Assembly (NCBI GenBank): GCA_951406725.2
Contig: OX597836.1
Location: forward strand, 35,526,001-35,590,000
DNA length: 64,000 nucleotides
Source of the DNA: Octopus vulgaris
Lineage: Eukaryota
Reading direction: 5' to 3'
The notes below the pieces were generated by a model. That model was given only the letters and a program-made list of their open reading frames with translations, did no database searches and was not told the DNA's origin. Of this stretch, positions 13,444-27,519 are shown one piece after another (within the stretch, counting starts at the first letter, position 1; every line of letters starts with the position of its first letter). The translations under genes and the position numbers were made by a program.

Positions 13444-14019
13444 GAGGCACTGAGGTTCACAAGTTGGAAAGCAGATGGCACATGAAATGCCTACAACACC
13501 TCTCTGTAGGCCACAGTTTTCTTTTTGCCATTAGGGGCAAGTACGAATAGATTTTGTTCACTTCCAGCTCTAGAGCATCCGAGAGAAACATGGCTCACCC
13601 TCCTTTTGGCAGATGAAGCAGACACTGTTCTGCGATCAAGGCGCGTTATTTTCTTATGTGGCATGGTGGTTCTATTGGAGTATGTTTAAATTGCGAGTTT
13701 TAATAAACGGGCAACAGGGGCCATTGAAAAAGAATTTTGCACGATATATAAAAAGTGAAACTACTAAACGTATTATTCAAAATAACGTGGAAGCAGGGAC
13801 AAACAACTAGCTATGTGGACACAAAAACTCTGAATACAATATTTTTCGACGACACGTATATTAAAAACTGGTAGGCGGCAACAGTATGAAGGAGATAAAG
13901 TAATTGAGTATGGAGACAACGAAACATTTCAATAGAAAGTATGAAATAAAAGCAATAATGTACGTCAAATGGTAGGCGTAACCTGTAACTACTTATATTT
14001 GTACTTGTGGTGACATTCA

Positions 14020-14380
14020 CCCTGGGCGGGTTGAGTCGGCTTCTTCTACCTGGAAGAAGTTTCGTGGGAATATGTGGATTTCACAAGCGGTCCCCAACAA
14101 TCCCGCATGTAGAGACATCCTGTTTGTCGCAGATTGTCCGCAGACGCTGGGACAGAACGACCGAGGAGCCGCCGGTTGCCAAGATAGACACTCCGAGGAT
14201 TTTCACCAGAGCCCCGTCTGCCGGGTTGTGGCCCTAATACCACTCGGTGTCAGACCTATCCGCCTTGGGTGGCCCTACCAGGAACCGAAGTTCCCGACGG
14301 CATAGCTCTGACACTACCCGTTGCCAGCGTCCCCACCAAGGTGAGGGAGGAATGGACTTGTGAACGCAACCTGTAACCTG
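14020..14380 (-). mobile_element. RTE-clade LINE 5' UTR fragment
   Basis: GC-rich island; minus strand GAGCTATGCCG...GGTAGGGCCACCCAAGGCGGATAGGTC resembles the conserved BovB/RTE 5' UTR block (from recall). Confidence 0.6.
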
Positions 14381-16019
14381 TAAGCCGAAGCACGTATCAG
14401 ATATGCACAAAAGCACATCAATAATTTCGATTTCACACTGGCATGATCAAGTGAACAGTGTTCCACCAATGAAATTCAGTTAAAGAATTATTTAGATGGG
14501 TCATTACAGTGGACAATCAATAGTGTTCAGCAGAATAGGTTAAAGGTCGTGTTCCCAGACCACCCCTTTCTGGCAGACCATTGACATGGTATCATTAAGG
14601 AAAATTGTGGTGAAAAGGGGGCATTATGATCGTCGGCGATAATGGAGGGTGAGTAAACACTGACGACGTGGTAAAAGCAGTCATTCACACAAAATAAGAG
14701 GCTGAAGTGGGGGGGGGCCTTATAGTGGCAGGCGATAATAGGGGGAGGGTCTAAGTAAACACTAATGTACACAGTGTTCACGCCCACATGCCAAAGGTCA
14801 TGTTCGCATTTCATCCTGTATTATTACACAATGAGCGGAGGGTAATTAAAGAAAATTTGTGCTGATGGGGGGTGGGCCTCATGACTGCAGGTGATAATTA
14901 GGCCGGAGTGTAAGTAAACACTAATGAACGCAGATCAATTCAGCGAGGGAAAATTGACCCACAGTCCCTGGCGCGTGAATGAAAGGCAGTAGTTGTAACA
15001 AAAAAAAAAAAAAAACAAGTTCAATCCTATAAATTGCAAATTTAATGAGAATAAACTTTGCAAAGTATTAACTTGAAACAGTTAATTAAGCATGGGTAAT
15101 ATTCTGGCCAAATTTGGAGCGAATCGGTTTTGGCAAAATACCAAATTTTACGTAGTTATTCTCAGACTTTTCTCGTTCAACGCGGATTGACTTGCCAACG
15201 AAATAAATTAAAAATAATTCTTAAAGCATGAGTAATGTTTGTGACAAATTTCGAGCGAATCGGTTGGAAACTGCAGACGTTATTGACAAAAAACAATTTT
15301 TACGCAATTATTCGCGGGTTTTTCACAATTAACGTGGATGACCTTGACAAAGATTTTAAGCAAAAGAATTCTCATATCATGAGTAATGTTCGTGTCAAAT
15401 TTGGAAGAAATCGCTCGAACAACCAGGGAGTTGTCGGGGGAAAACACTGCTTTCCTGAACGGCTTTTAGTTATACACGGGGGTGGGGTCTTGAAAATATA
15501 AAGTAGGTCATGACCAGCCTTGGAGCATAAGCTATCAGCGTGTCAAAGTTTGAGCGAAATCGGTTGAAAAATGTGGAAATGCATAAAACGCGCGCGTAGA
15601 CACACACACACACACATACATCTTTTGTTCTATATATATAGATAATTCTGTTATAGAAATAGTTAAATTAATAACGGTTGTTGTGGACGCCTTTTGTATA
15701 TTCGCTAGTCTTGAATAATGTAAATAACACTCTGCATTAGGAAATCCGTAGTAACATACATTAGGATCTTGAACACTTTCTGATACACGAATTTAAATAA
15801 TTCGTTGATTGTTTCTTTGCTTAACTCTAACTTTTTAATTAATTTCCTCGTTGCGAAGAATTGAACTGATTTCTTTCCTTTCTAAAGCACTAACAAGTTT
15901 ATATCTAAACATCTTAGCATATGGCATAACATATTATTTCTATTATTTTCTATGTGCCAAAAATATTTTAACACACTATAGAACGCCTGATCATTAAATT
16001 GAAGGCAAGCATCAGTGAA

Positions 16020-16365
16020 CAGGATAAAATCCAGGCAGTTCACTCAATGCCCCTTGGAAAATCAGAAAGGTCATAATGTACCCCTCCCACATGGCAAAAA
16101 ACAGGACGTGTCCGCATTCCTAGGATTTCACCTGGACTTGATATGTGGTGGCTTCTGGGATGCATAATCGAGCAAGGGTCAGATACCGTCCTGATAGGGA
16201 TGACAAAAATTGCCTGAGAGAACTGGTCCGGGGTTGACGTGGAGATATTTCGCCAGATCAGGTTAGAAAACGTAAAAAGCATCCCGGACCACATTCGTCT
16301 CCAACGCCACATTGTTTCGCTTGTGGAGAAACAACCCATTTGTGAGCTTTCTGCCTTCAACTGAT
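16020..16365 (+). pseudogene. Degenerate ORF fragment, possibly L1/Tx1-type ORF1
   Basis: RVRIPRISPGLDMWWLLGCIIEQ..*ENWSGVDVEIFRQIRLENVKSIPDHIRL..LVEKQPIC with in-frame stops; assignment by resemblance only. Confidence 0.3.
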
Positions 16366-16589
16366 AAAAAGTGTAAGGGATTGAAGGCCTCCATTGCTGC
16401 CTTCGCCGGGCCGGGGTTGATGACTCCAACTAACACCATCACCGGCAAAACAACCAGCAACAACAAACGAAATCCCCACCAAAAACACTAACCGCCCTGT
16501 GGAGAAATGAAGAAAGCTCTCCCACCCCCTCACACTAAAAAATACACACATGAATAAGAATATAAGCATACACACAGACACAGGCACAC

Positions 16590-18450
16590 TGCATTGAGTG
16601 CCATATATTTGGTTTTGTACATAGCGTTGTTCTAGAGAATGTTTAAGAAATCATAAGAAAATTATGTGCTTGTCTTAAAATCTGAGATTACATAGAAAGT
16701 ATTTTGCGTAGTATATGGCAGTTCCCATGAGCACTATCTTTTGAATTTCTGCTATTTGGGGGTTTCCTGGAATCTGAGCTAGGTAGCAATCAGCTTCATT
16801 TGCTATCAGTCCCTGGGCACCTATGACAACAGGTATTGTTTTAGTCTTCAGCTTCCACATTTTGCTGATTTCTATTTCAAGATCATTTATATTTGCTCAG
16901 TTTTTGGTAGGTCTTGACAGATACATCTATATCGATTGGAACAGTCATATAAATGAGTAGGCATCGTTTTTGTCTGAAGTCTTTCAATATGATGTCTGGC
17001 CTATTTGCATCTGTCTTTCTGTCAGTTTGAATGGTGAAGTTCCAGAGGAGTGAGATCATGGGGCAAGTCCAGGTTTTTGCAAATTACCCAGTGAATATAT
17101 TGTGAAGCTCTATAATGCCTATTGAGATATTCTCTAGGCGCAAGACGACTGCACATGGAGACAACATGATCAATGGTTTTATTTTGTTGTTGATATACAC
17201 GACATGTTGGGAAGCTGCTGTTCTTTAATATGATGGATTTGTAGTTCCTTGTAGAAAGGCATTGATCTTGGGCTGCTATGATAAACGTTTCTGTTTCAGA
17301 TTTTAAGCCAGAAGACACTAATCATTGATAGGTAAGGGCTTTGTCAACATCTGCATTATTCGCTCTCTTTGGGTATTTACCATTGAGAGATTTTTCTTGC
17401 CATTTATCAGTCAGAATATCTAAAGCAGCAGTTTTAGCATGGGTTTCCATGCGCTTAGCTTTTTCTGTGCTTCTTTCTTGTATATCTAATTCCGGAATTT
17501 ATTGTATTTAAAATTCACTTAGATATGTGCCTGTTTTGTTACTGAGTATGATGCTTTCTTGTTTTCATGTTTTAACATTCAGTCCTCAGGGTATTTCAGG
17601 TAGGTGTCTAGGCCAATTGTGGAAATCTTCATTGTTATTGCCAGTTGTAAAAGTCCACGAGCCTCCCTCTTTTCTTGGCAGATAAAGTCGTTGTATATCT
17701 GCCTTAGGGTGGTGCATTCTATGCATTGTAAACAGTTTTCGTATTTTTCTGTCAAGGTTAAATATTTCAGGAATTGACCAGTTAACGATATTGAAACTGT
17801 AAGTCACGTCTGGTATGGTTAAAGCATTGATCGCTTCGACCCTGTTTCTCGCATTCAGCTCTGTCTTAAGTATTGCTCTCACTCTACGATAACATTCTCT
17901 TTTGATCCTTTTCCCCATCACTGAATGTCAGATTCCCTCCCCTTCAATTACCCCTAGGTACTTGTAGCTCTCCGCTGGGTCTAACTCTTTTATGACATTC
18001 TGCTGGTCAATGTTAACGTTAGATGTTTCTGTCATTTTTCCTTTGATCAAGGTAGCTTTTGCACATCTATCGATGCCAAATTGCACCCTGATGTCATCAC
18101 TGAATTGTTTAACAATCGCTAGTAAGCCCTGTAGCTGTTGGTCATTTTTTGCAAAGAGCTTTAAATCATCCATGTAAATGACATCATTTTATATTTTTAT
18201 CAAACATTTTATAACAGTACTGTGCATCACTGAGCAAATTTGAGAGAGGTATAAAGTCTAGACAGATTAGGAGTGGTGATAGTGTGTCACTCCGGAAAAT
18301 ATCACATGGAATTCTTACATCTCCAGCATTTAGAGATTCATTGTCACTGTTCAAAGACAGTGTGGTTCTCCATGATCTCATACTTTACAGACAAAAGTTT
18401 TCGCAGTGTAGGCGCTATTTTCTACATTTCCAGACATTTCTTAATGCAAC
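16590..18450 (-). mobile_element. Decayed R4/Dong-clade non-LTR retrotransposon (RT, CCHC knuckle, RLE endonuclease)
   Basis: DTLSPLLICL, YMDDLKLFAK, YKYLG, AAQDQ, CRV..KTIDHVVSMC, YIHWVICK, MWKLKTKTIPVVIGAQG; frameshifts and stops; the 5' truncation abuts a (TTA)n tract. Confidence 0.9.
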
Positions 18451-18461
18451 TATTATTATTA

Positions 18462-18525
<64 letters not shown>

Positions 18526-18540
18526 CATTATTATTATTAT
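18451..18540. repeat. (TTA)n microsatellite
   Basis: Read directly from the sequence. Confidence 0.95.
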
Positions 18541-18816
18541 TAGACAATACGAAGAGCGCGATCCGATTGCAATACACATATTATTGGTTGGATGATATTT
18601 CGACAGCTGGCTCGTCTTTTGTCGAGTTCAAAACGAAAAGTGATACAAAGAAATTCAAAATTATAGAAATTCAAATTCAAATCCAAATTATATAATTCTG
18701 AATATCTCCGTATCACTTTTCATTTTGAACTCGACAAAGACAGACAAGCTGTCGAAATATCGTTCAACCACAATAACATATCTATTGCAATCGCACCGCG
18801 TTCTCCGTATTGTCTA
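18541..18816. mobile_element. Fold-back MITE with arms of about 125 bp
   Basis: TAGACAATACGAAGAGCGCG...CGCGTTCTCCGTATTGTCTA; inner GTCGAGTTCAAAA and TTTTGAACTCGAC; TA ends. Confidence 0.85.
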
Positions 18817-18855
18817 TTTACCTTTGTGAAGAGTTACGTGAATCCTTTTAAAATA

Positions 18856-18856
18856 C

Positions 18857-18916
<60 letters not shown>

Positions 18917-19046
18917 TATTATTATTATTATTATCAGTATTATTATTATTATTATCATTATTATTATCATTATTATCATCATCATCATCATCATCCTCAT
19001 TATTATTATCATTATTATTATTATTATTATTATTATTGTCATTATT

Positions 19047-19114
<68 letters not shown>

Positions 19115-19161
19115 AATTATAATAATTATTATTATCATCATCATCATCATTATCATTATTA

Positions 19162-19192
<31 letters not shown>

Positions 19193-19212
19193 CATCATCA
19201 TCATCATCATCA

Positions 19213-19243
<31 letters not shown>

Positions 19244-19330
19244 CATTATTATTATTATTATTATTATCATCATCATCATCATTATTATTATTACTAGTAT
19301 TGTTAATATTACTATAATTATTATTATCAT

Positions 19331-19366
<36 letters not shown>

Positions 19367-19430
19367 TATTATTATTATTATCATCATCATCATTATTATT
19401 ACTATTATCATTATTATTATTATTATTATC
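18856..19430. repeat. (TTA)n/(TCA)n compound microsatellite
   Basis: Read directly from the sequence. Confidence 0.95.
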
Positions 19431-20051
19431 TCTATAACCTTTAATTCTATTGATCTTACTTTTGATGCTGTTATTAATTTCAATATTAGTTTCTCTGTAT
19501 GATTCTAAGCACTAACGGTTGTGATGTTACGGTCGCCGTTACTGTCGTGGCTGCTAATATTTCTAATATCATCAAAGCTGTGGCTTCTATTGTGATTTTA
19601 TTATTGTCCAGTCTTTCCTTAATGCCTTTTGTATCATTACTGGTATTAATGTGACATTTCATTTATATTCTTAATTATTGTGTTTCTCCATATATAAAGC
19701 ATGTCATCTATGATTGTAGAGTGTGGTAACTGTCTGATGGTGTGCTCTTTCGGGCTATTCATCCAGGGGTAAATTTATAGTTCAAATTAATAAGTCAAAT
19801 GTAACGAGGGTAGAAGTGGAATGGCATTGAAACCTGTTGTTATCAGAATAAGATAACACGACGACGACGACGATGACGACGATGACATCAACAACAACAA
19901 CAACAACATCAAGAATAATCCTTTCTATCAAATGCACATGGCCTCAAATTTTGAAGGAGGGGCTATTCGATTACATCACCCCCCCCCAGTCTTAAGGCTA
20001 GGCAAAAGAGGAGAAAAGAGAGAGAGAAGAGTGAAGGGAGAAGATTATTGT

Positions 20052-20150
<99 letters not shown>

Positions 20151-20151
20151 A

Positions 20152-20518
20152 ATAAATGCCCTGATGCAGTACCAGGCAGTGGTTCTCATGGCTTCTGATC
20201 TTAACTGATTGGAAGTGTTATCATGTACATTGTTTTGTCTTGGTATAAAAGATGGGCTACAGCAAATATTCTGCTCAATACCACAGATTTGCTTGTCAGT
20301 TGTTTGACCGTAACCAGTTGAGCATGTCCCTTAGATGATATGTGCATCTCTGATCATGAGCAGAAGTAATGGGGGAGGATCATGTGTTGAGAGTGATTCT
20401 TTGGGGTTTGAATAATTCACCTTTGGAAACATGGTTGGTTCGTTCAACATCCTTGAACAATCCTTATTCACGGAAATTTTGAGTGGTATGCGCTACTCGA
20501 CCAGGAGAAAATTCTAAT
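20152..20518 (+). mobile_element. Family T repeat, 5' portion
   Basis: Homologous to 64-540; starts directly after (AAT)n(GAT)n. Confidence 0.85.
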
Positions 20519-20579
20519 CTTTTTAAGATTTCAATATGTGATTTGAGAGTTTGTTAACTTTTTTATGCAACACTGACTC

Positions 20580-21318
20580 TGTTCTACTCTAGACACAAGG
20601 CTCGAAATTTGTAGGGAGGGGCCAGTCGATTAGATCAACCCAGTACGTAAATGGTACTTAATTTATCGACACCGAAAGGATGAAAGGCAAAGTCGACCTC
20701 GGCGGAATTTGGACTCAGTTCGTAAAGCCAGACGAAATACCTATTTCTTTACTACCCACAAGGGGCTAAACACAGAGGGGGACAAATAAGGACAGATAAA
20801 GGGATTAAGTTGATTATATCTATCCCAGTGCGTAACTGGTACTTAATTTATCGACACCGAAAGGATGAAAGGCAAAGTCGACCTCGGCGGAATTTGGACT
20901 CAGTTGGTAAAGCCAGACGAAATACCTATTTCTTTACTACCCACAAGGGGCTAAACGCAGAGAGGACAAACGGATTAAGTCGATTACATCGACCCCAGTG
21001 CGTAACTGGTACTTATTTAATCGAACCTGAAATGATTAAAGGCAAAGTCGACCTCGGCGAAATTTGGACTTAGAACGTAGCAGCAGACGAAATACCTATT
21101 TCTTTACTACCCACAAGGGGCTAAGCATAGAGTGGACAAACAAGGTGAGACAAACGGACTAAGTCGATTACATCAACCGCAGTGCGTGACTGGTACTTAA
21201 TTTATAGACCCCGAGAGGATTAAAGGCAAACTCGTCCTTGGTTGAATTTGTACTCAGAACGTAAAGATAGACGAAATACCACTAAGCATTTCGCCCGGCA
21301 TGCTAACGTTTCTGCCAG
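20580..21318 (-). mobile_element. SINE family C tandem multimer (one head plus about four bodies)
   Basis: Units of about 170-185 bp; junction GACGAAATACCTATTTC at about 20731, 20917 and 21088. Confidence 0.9.
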
Positions 21319-21507
21319 ATCACTGATTGTGCAAGGACTGGTCAGCTAGGTTTAAAATGCTTCGTTTCCTTTTAAGCTAGGTAGGTTCCGTAGCTTCTAA
21401 TAGCCGTTAGTCTGCTGTTCAGTCGTGGCTGAAATTTGGCTTCCAGCCACATGGCTCCGATCAAAGGCTTATGAGTGCATTTGGTAGATGGAAAGTGAAA
21501 GAAGCCT

Positions 21508-21588
<81 letters not shown>

Positions 21589-21844
21589 GAAATATGTTAC
21601 ATAAAGAAATTATAAAATACACATGGAAATGTAAGGGGAAAATAAGAAAAATCAACGAAAATACACATTGTAAATAAAAAAGAAAAGGCTTTTTATGAAA
21701 GGTAACGACAGATATATACATTTAGATTGACTGAGGTAGTTATAAAAGTCATAAAAGTCATTATTATGAGATGATTAAAAACTCAGAAAGCAAAGCATAC
21801 CATGGTTTCGTCATAAGCTATTCATTGATTTGAATAAACACCGG

Positions 21845-21936
<92 letters not shown>

Positions 21937-23944
21937 AGGTGTGTATTTGTTTGAGTGTGTGTGTGTTTGCGAGTGTATGTGTATGTTTGTGTGTGTTTGT
22001 TTTTCACCATCGCTTTGAAATTGGTGCTGTTCCTTTTATTTTCGTCTTCGTAACCTATCGGCCGAGCAAAAGGACCGATAGCATATAATACCTTACTGAA
22101 AAATTACATGTACCGGGGTCGATGTCTTCAACTATGGACGCTATCCAATGACTGAAACAAGTGAAAGATAAATAATGTTAAAGGGGCAGAAAGGTTGGAG
22201 TATCGAACTAAATGCGTTGAATGTATTATCGTGTCTGGATGGGACGACGACCATGTTTGCTTCAACTTCATTTTTATCAAAGAAATACGTAGGCGAGGGA
22301 AAAATATCTATTTGTAACAAATAATTATATTCTGAAACTTTTCTATATGAGTGTTTTCTAAATAAATAAAACCAACCACATCCTTCTTAATATAAGAAAA
22401 TATCTTTCATTTCATTTTCCTTCTGCTTTCCTACATAAATGTACAATATTGTTTTCTTTTTTGAAGTCTTATTTGTGTTTCTTGAAATAAATTTGCAAAA
22501 AAATCATTTTTCTTTCCATTCCTATTTTTGTATTTTTTCAAACTCAATAAATGGGAATTTAAACTACTTTTGTCTTGTTTGTTTATTGGTTTTTTTCAAC
22601 TATCGTGAAATTTCATTTCTTGCATTTCACAAACAAGTGTGCATTCAACATTTATAACGCTCGACCAACTTTTTCGTGTAATCTATGTCAACAAACATAT
22701 GTTACAACTGTGCAAACAGCTTTTAGTTGAATGCTGCTTAATCTTATATAACGATGAAGCCATGTAAAATTTCAATATTGACATTTTAATAATATTTTCC
22801 AACGCACAACAAAGCCCACTTTCACACATTTCACAATGTGTGTTGCTTCTCACAGATTATGCTATTCATGTTTGCGCAGAACTTTTAAACGTGCTGAATT
22901 CTTTACATTCCCCATAAAAGAAATCATTATTCATAAAAGCAATGTATGTATATATAATGCGTTTTAACTTCAGAGCTAGCTTAGTAAATTCCATCTGATA
23001 ATAAGCTTACGTAGTCTACATAGAAATAGTTACTTCAGTATGCTAAACTAAAGAAACAAAGCGGTTGGTTTTGGAATTAACTTAACTCGTTCTAAAGGTG
23101 ATAGATTTTCATTCGGTTTTCCAACGTTCGGCAATTTCGTCTCCAGAATTTTCCAGTTATGTTATAGATGTGTTTCCAACTAGTTTCTACCTAAGTTCAT
23201 TCTTTTAACACTATTTCTTCCGCACTTAATTGAATCTTTAGATGAATCCTAGACAACAGATTGTGATTTATTATCACTGAGAACTGAAAGAGGACGGAGA
23301 GCTGGAACGTACAATACCAACACGTTACCATATACGACATTTAATGGTGTCTTTTATCTTTTTTCCGTGATTTCAATCATTGGACTATGGTCAAAAGCTT
23401 TGAAACCGTCTTTAAGCGAAATTTACTTGATTATATCGGCAGCATCACAACTTTGGCTGTTTAACTAGCTCAAAAGTAACAAAAGGCAAACCGACCTTCA
23501 TATGAAAGAAGATATCTCGGGAGGAATTAAATGCAAATACATCGATTTCATTCATTACGTGCTAACACACACAAACACACACGGATATACACAAACACAC
23601 ATCAAAATACATATAAAGGGAAGATGTTTGTCCTGATAGCTAATGTTGTATTTCCGATTATAACGTCACTGGTTCGATGGCTCGGACTGGTGATACATTG
23701 TGTACTTGAATAATGCATTTCATTTCATTTTGCCCCGGTCTACTAATCTGAAACAAGTATCAGACAAGTGCCAATGCAGCCTAAATTTCAATCCTAGATA
23801 TTCTGGTGGGTTTGGGAGGTTCGAGAAAAAGATGTCTGACTATAAAGGCACCTACACCAACTAGCAAAAAATGTTACCAATTCCTATCCACAAGGTAATG
23901 ATAGGTATGGATTCGTTTGCTTAAGGTTGGCTGAAGTAATTATA

Positions 23945-24459
23945 TCTATATATATAAAACTGTAGTTGTGTGAGTATCTGTCCCCTTCGATTTAGATTCC
24001 TAACTCCTCCCACATTTTGCGGTGCAGTTTAACCAAACTCGGGTATCTTATAGTCGTGATTAATATCGAGCCCGTCTGGCTATTAGCGCGCGTCTACGAT
24101 GAGTCTACGATTTTAAAAATAATTTAACATCATTTTTTATTCCATTTTAATGCATAATTTTTCGTGTGTCGATGGCGGCGGAGTTGGCGTCCACGCTCAC
24201 ACCTGCACCTGTGTTTGCTTCTCCCCCTTCTTCCCTCCCTCGTGAAGCTGTGGGGAAGGGAGCTTAAGGAAATCAACGTCGTAATGCGTTGTCAAGGAGA
24301 CCAGCGTTCTTTTAGAACAACGACTTCATGGCTTGAAGACACCAAAACAGAAATGGGTAAGAAAGCCCGAATTGGCATCTATAAGGGAAGTAACTCTCTA
24401 AAAATGCTTATATAGTTATTTCCCTTACAAACCCGAGCAACGCCGGGCGATACCGCTAG
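23945..24459 (+). mobile_element. Non-autonomous Helitron
   Basis: A|TCTATATATATAAAAC 5' end; 3' hairpin CCCGAGCAACGCCGGG then CTAG|T; inserted at an AT dinucleotide with no TSD. Confidence 0.9.
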
Positions 24460-25047
24460 TTATATATAAAGTAAAAGTATCTCTTCATCAGCCGCTGTCG
24501 TGGTCTGTTCATTACAGTATAGCTAGTCGAGGCGTCTTCACTTAGATAACCCAGCTTACACTACTTCTACGTGATACTGTTTCAAATGGCTTCGACCGAC
24601 CAGAGGAGCATCATATGGATAACAGATGATATCTATGAATGAAAATAAATTACTGGCAGCAGAATAAAACAGGATAGTTTTATAAGTCAGCTATTTAGCA
24701 AGAGACATATGTACAAAGACGGGCACTGCACTTCACGAAAAGATGGCTTCTTCTCTGATGATTCGAAAACCATCATATAACGAGGAATAGCACAATAGCA
24801 GTCACAAGTTGCTGGTAATTAGGGAAACCTAAGAATGCACCCATTTTGTAAAATGGTAATATGGAACATAAAGACAATGACGAACGATAGCAATCTAAAT
24901 GGGAATGGCGGTATGTTTCAACATTATGATATATAATAACACTAAAATAATAAAATGGTTTTAAATGAGTAATATTGTCACATTATTCATACATATAAAG
25001 GGAAGTTGTTTGTCCTGATAGTAATATTGAGTAATATTGTCACATTT

Positions 25048-25390
25048 CGTGAAGGCGCATGGCTCAGTGGTTAGAGCGTCGAGCTTACGATCGTGAGGTT
25101 GTGAGCTCGAATCCAGGATCGGGCTGCGTGTTGTGTTCTTGAGCAAGACACTTTATTTCCCGTTGCTCCAGTTAACTCAGCTGTAGAAATGAGTTGCGAC
25201 GTCACAGGTGTCAAGCTGTATTGGCCCCTTTGCTTTTCCCTTGGATAACATTGGTGGCGTGGAGAAGGGAGGATCATATGCATGGGCGACTGCTGGTCTT
25301 CCATAAACAGCCTTGCTCGGACTTGTGTCTTGGAGGGTAACTTTCTAGGTGCAATCCTATGGTCTGTGTCGTGACCGAAGGGGGTCTCAG
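25048..25390 (+). mobile_element. tRNA-derived SINE family D (V-domain-like) with TSD
   Basis: A box TGGCTCAGTGG, B-box-like GCTCGAATCC, GTGTTCTTGAGCAAGACACTT; ATTGTCACATTT on both flanks. Confidence 0.85.
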
Positions 25391-25499
25391 ATTGTCACAT
25401 TTAGTACAAACACTGTTGGTTTTGGGTAGAGAGGATATTTTGAAAATAGATGTTATTAGATATTTGTCAGGAAAATATATGTCAAAGATGTAATCAAAA

Positions 25500-25800
25500 T
25501 GCAAACAGTGAACAGCCAAAGACTACTGGTATCGAGGATAAACTCACGATATGTCAATGAATGGAGAGTAGCGTGATATAGATTAACGATCAATATACGC
25601 AATGAAAAACTTGAAGCTATATAAGAACGATAACACGACATCCTGGATGGTAGCTTTAGATGGAACGTAAAAATAGTGCAAGGCGATTCCATTGCCAAAG
25701 TATGATGGAATGGTGATTGCGTGGAGCATACGAAGAGGTGTGCTCTCAATGACATGAAAGAAAACGGAATGCGTCTCGTCAGCTTTTATAGTAAGGATGT
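25500..25800 (+). pseudogene. Highly decayed LINE AP-endonuclease fragment
   Basis: QTVNSQRLLVSRINSRY and NDMKENGMRLVSF resemble the RTE endonuclease N(E/D)NG-RL motif. Confidence 0.35.
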
Positions 25801-25854
25801 AGTAGCTGTTATTGCTGCAGTACTAGAAGTAGCATATTTGTATATGTGGAGAGT

Positions 25855-26290
25855 AGGCGCAGGAGTGGCTGTGTGGTAAGTAGCTTGCTAACCAGCCACA
25901 TGGTTCTGGGTTCAGTCCCACTGCGTGGCATCTTGGGCAAGTGTCTTCTGCTATAGCCCCCGGGCCGACCAATGCCTTGTGAGTGGATTTGGTAGACGGA
26001 AACTGAAAGAAGCCTGTCGTATATATGTATATATATATATATATAAGTGTGTGTGTATATATATGCGTGTGTGTGTTGGTGTGTCTGTGTTTGTCCCCCT
26101 AGCATTGCTTGACAACCGATGCTGGTGTGTTTACGTCCCCGTCACCTAGCGGTTCGGCAAAAAGAGACCGATAGAATAAGTACTGGGCTTACAAAGAATA
26201 AGTCCCGGGGTCGATTTGCTCGACTAAAGGCGGTGCTCCAGCATGGCCGCAGTCAAATGACTGAAACAAGTAAAAGAGTAAAAGAGTAAA
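25855..26290 (+). mobile_element. Full-length SINE family B
   Basis: Matches 6603-7010. Confidence 0.95.
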
Positions 26291-26961
26291 AGATTACAAA
26301 GAATGTGCTAAAATACTCCAGAAATATTCCACAATAAAATACAGAAATCGCATGTGATATATAATATACGAATGAAATGAATAGATAAACTATAGCACAT
26401 AAAAGTCATATAAAATGAGAAAGAAAATTTATCACACGATAACCAAATGATATCGTAGAAACTGCTAAAATTAAAAATTCAATAAACCAGAAGCGAAGAT
26501 ATAGAAATGACTAATGCAATATACAAATTCATTTATAAAAAGCGAAGGTTGTTGATATAAATCGCCGTCTTTTGCTTCTGTTGTATTTGACTTTATACAA
26601 CAGATATTGTTATAGTCGGAAGTCGTCGATAGAATGTTTCTCTCTGCTACTCTACGACTCCCAGTCGTACGGTTTTATTATCCACAAAAGATTGGATCGT
26701 TATAACGTCTACTCAGTGTCAGTATCACAGTATAATTGTATATCAGCACAGACACGACTCTCAAAACAGTCTAACATGTATTCTACGTACTCCCTCGATA
26801 CTGGCCGAAGTCACCTTACTTATAGTGACTAACACATTCCACTCGTCAAGTGGGAAGGTGTATCATTATTACTGATTCGCCGCAACAACTGGAAACACCA
26901 TGACTCCAACTATTTGACTAGTCATAGAAATCATAGAAATACAACACTCATAGCCTCAATA

Positions 26962-27256
26962 GTGTGGAGGCATATGGCCTAGTGGTTAGAGCAGTGGACT
27001 CGCGGTCCAGGGATCTCAGACCGGGAGATGTGTGTGTTTATGAGCGAAATACTTAAGCTCCACGCGGCTCCGGCAGAAGGTAATGGCGAACTTCTGCTGA
27101 CACTTTAGCCACAACTTTCTCTCACTCTTTCCTCCTGCATCTTGCAGCTCACCTGCAACGGACCGGCGTCCTGTCCAAGTGGGGAACCTATACGCCAAGA
27201 AACCGGGAAACCGGCCCTTATGAGCCACGCATGGCTCGAGAAGGAACAAGCAACAA
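26962..27256 (+). mobile_element. SINE family A, tail type A2, with 13-bp TSD
   Basis: CATAGCCTCAATA at 26949 and 27257. Confidence 0.9.
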
Positions 27257-27519
27257 CATAGCCTCAATACTTACCTACAGTGTGGCGAAATTGCAACTCA
27301 CACGCCACTCAGTATAATGCAACTTGAAAGCATGTGTGGCAGACATATAATACGAGTAAAATAGCATATTAATTATAATTACTAAGCACAGCGCAAACAA
27401 ATAATCAGGAATCATATTCGCTTTATAAATAATCATGTAGATGATTATATTTAAATTAAACGATCTATTTCAAACAGTGTTGATGAAGTTTAAACAAATT
27501 CTGGTGAGGAAACATGCAG

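Larger units (their letters stand above)
12662..15642 (-). mobile_element. Non-autonomous Helitron-like element with nested insertions
   Basis: On the minus strand, 5' end TCTATATATATAG (15642) and 3' hairpin CCGAGCAACGCCGGG then CAAG (CTAG variant); same hairpin as the element at 23945; internal ~110-140 bp repeats at 14595-14930 and 15088-15565. That both ends belong to one element is inferred. Confidence 0.6.

Noticed and set aside
16222-16430. Two in-frame NPGP motifs on the minus strand (GVINPGP, HVNPGP), 2A-like
   Set aside because: They lack D(V/I)E, a stop separates them, and the plus strand gives a better ORF1-like reading
18826-19483. Poly-L and poly-I/M ORFs
   Set aside because: (TTA)n/(TCA)n artefacts
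20580-21318. CRISPR-like periodicity
   Set aside because: Long SINE bodies with no unique spacers; eukaryotic context and no cas genes
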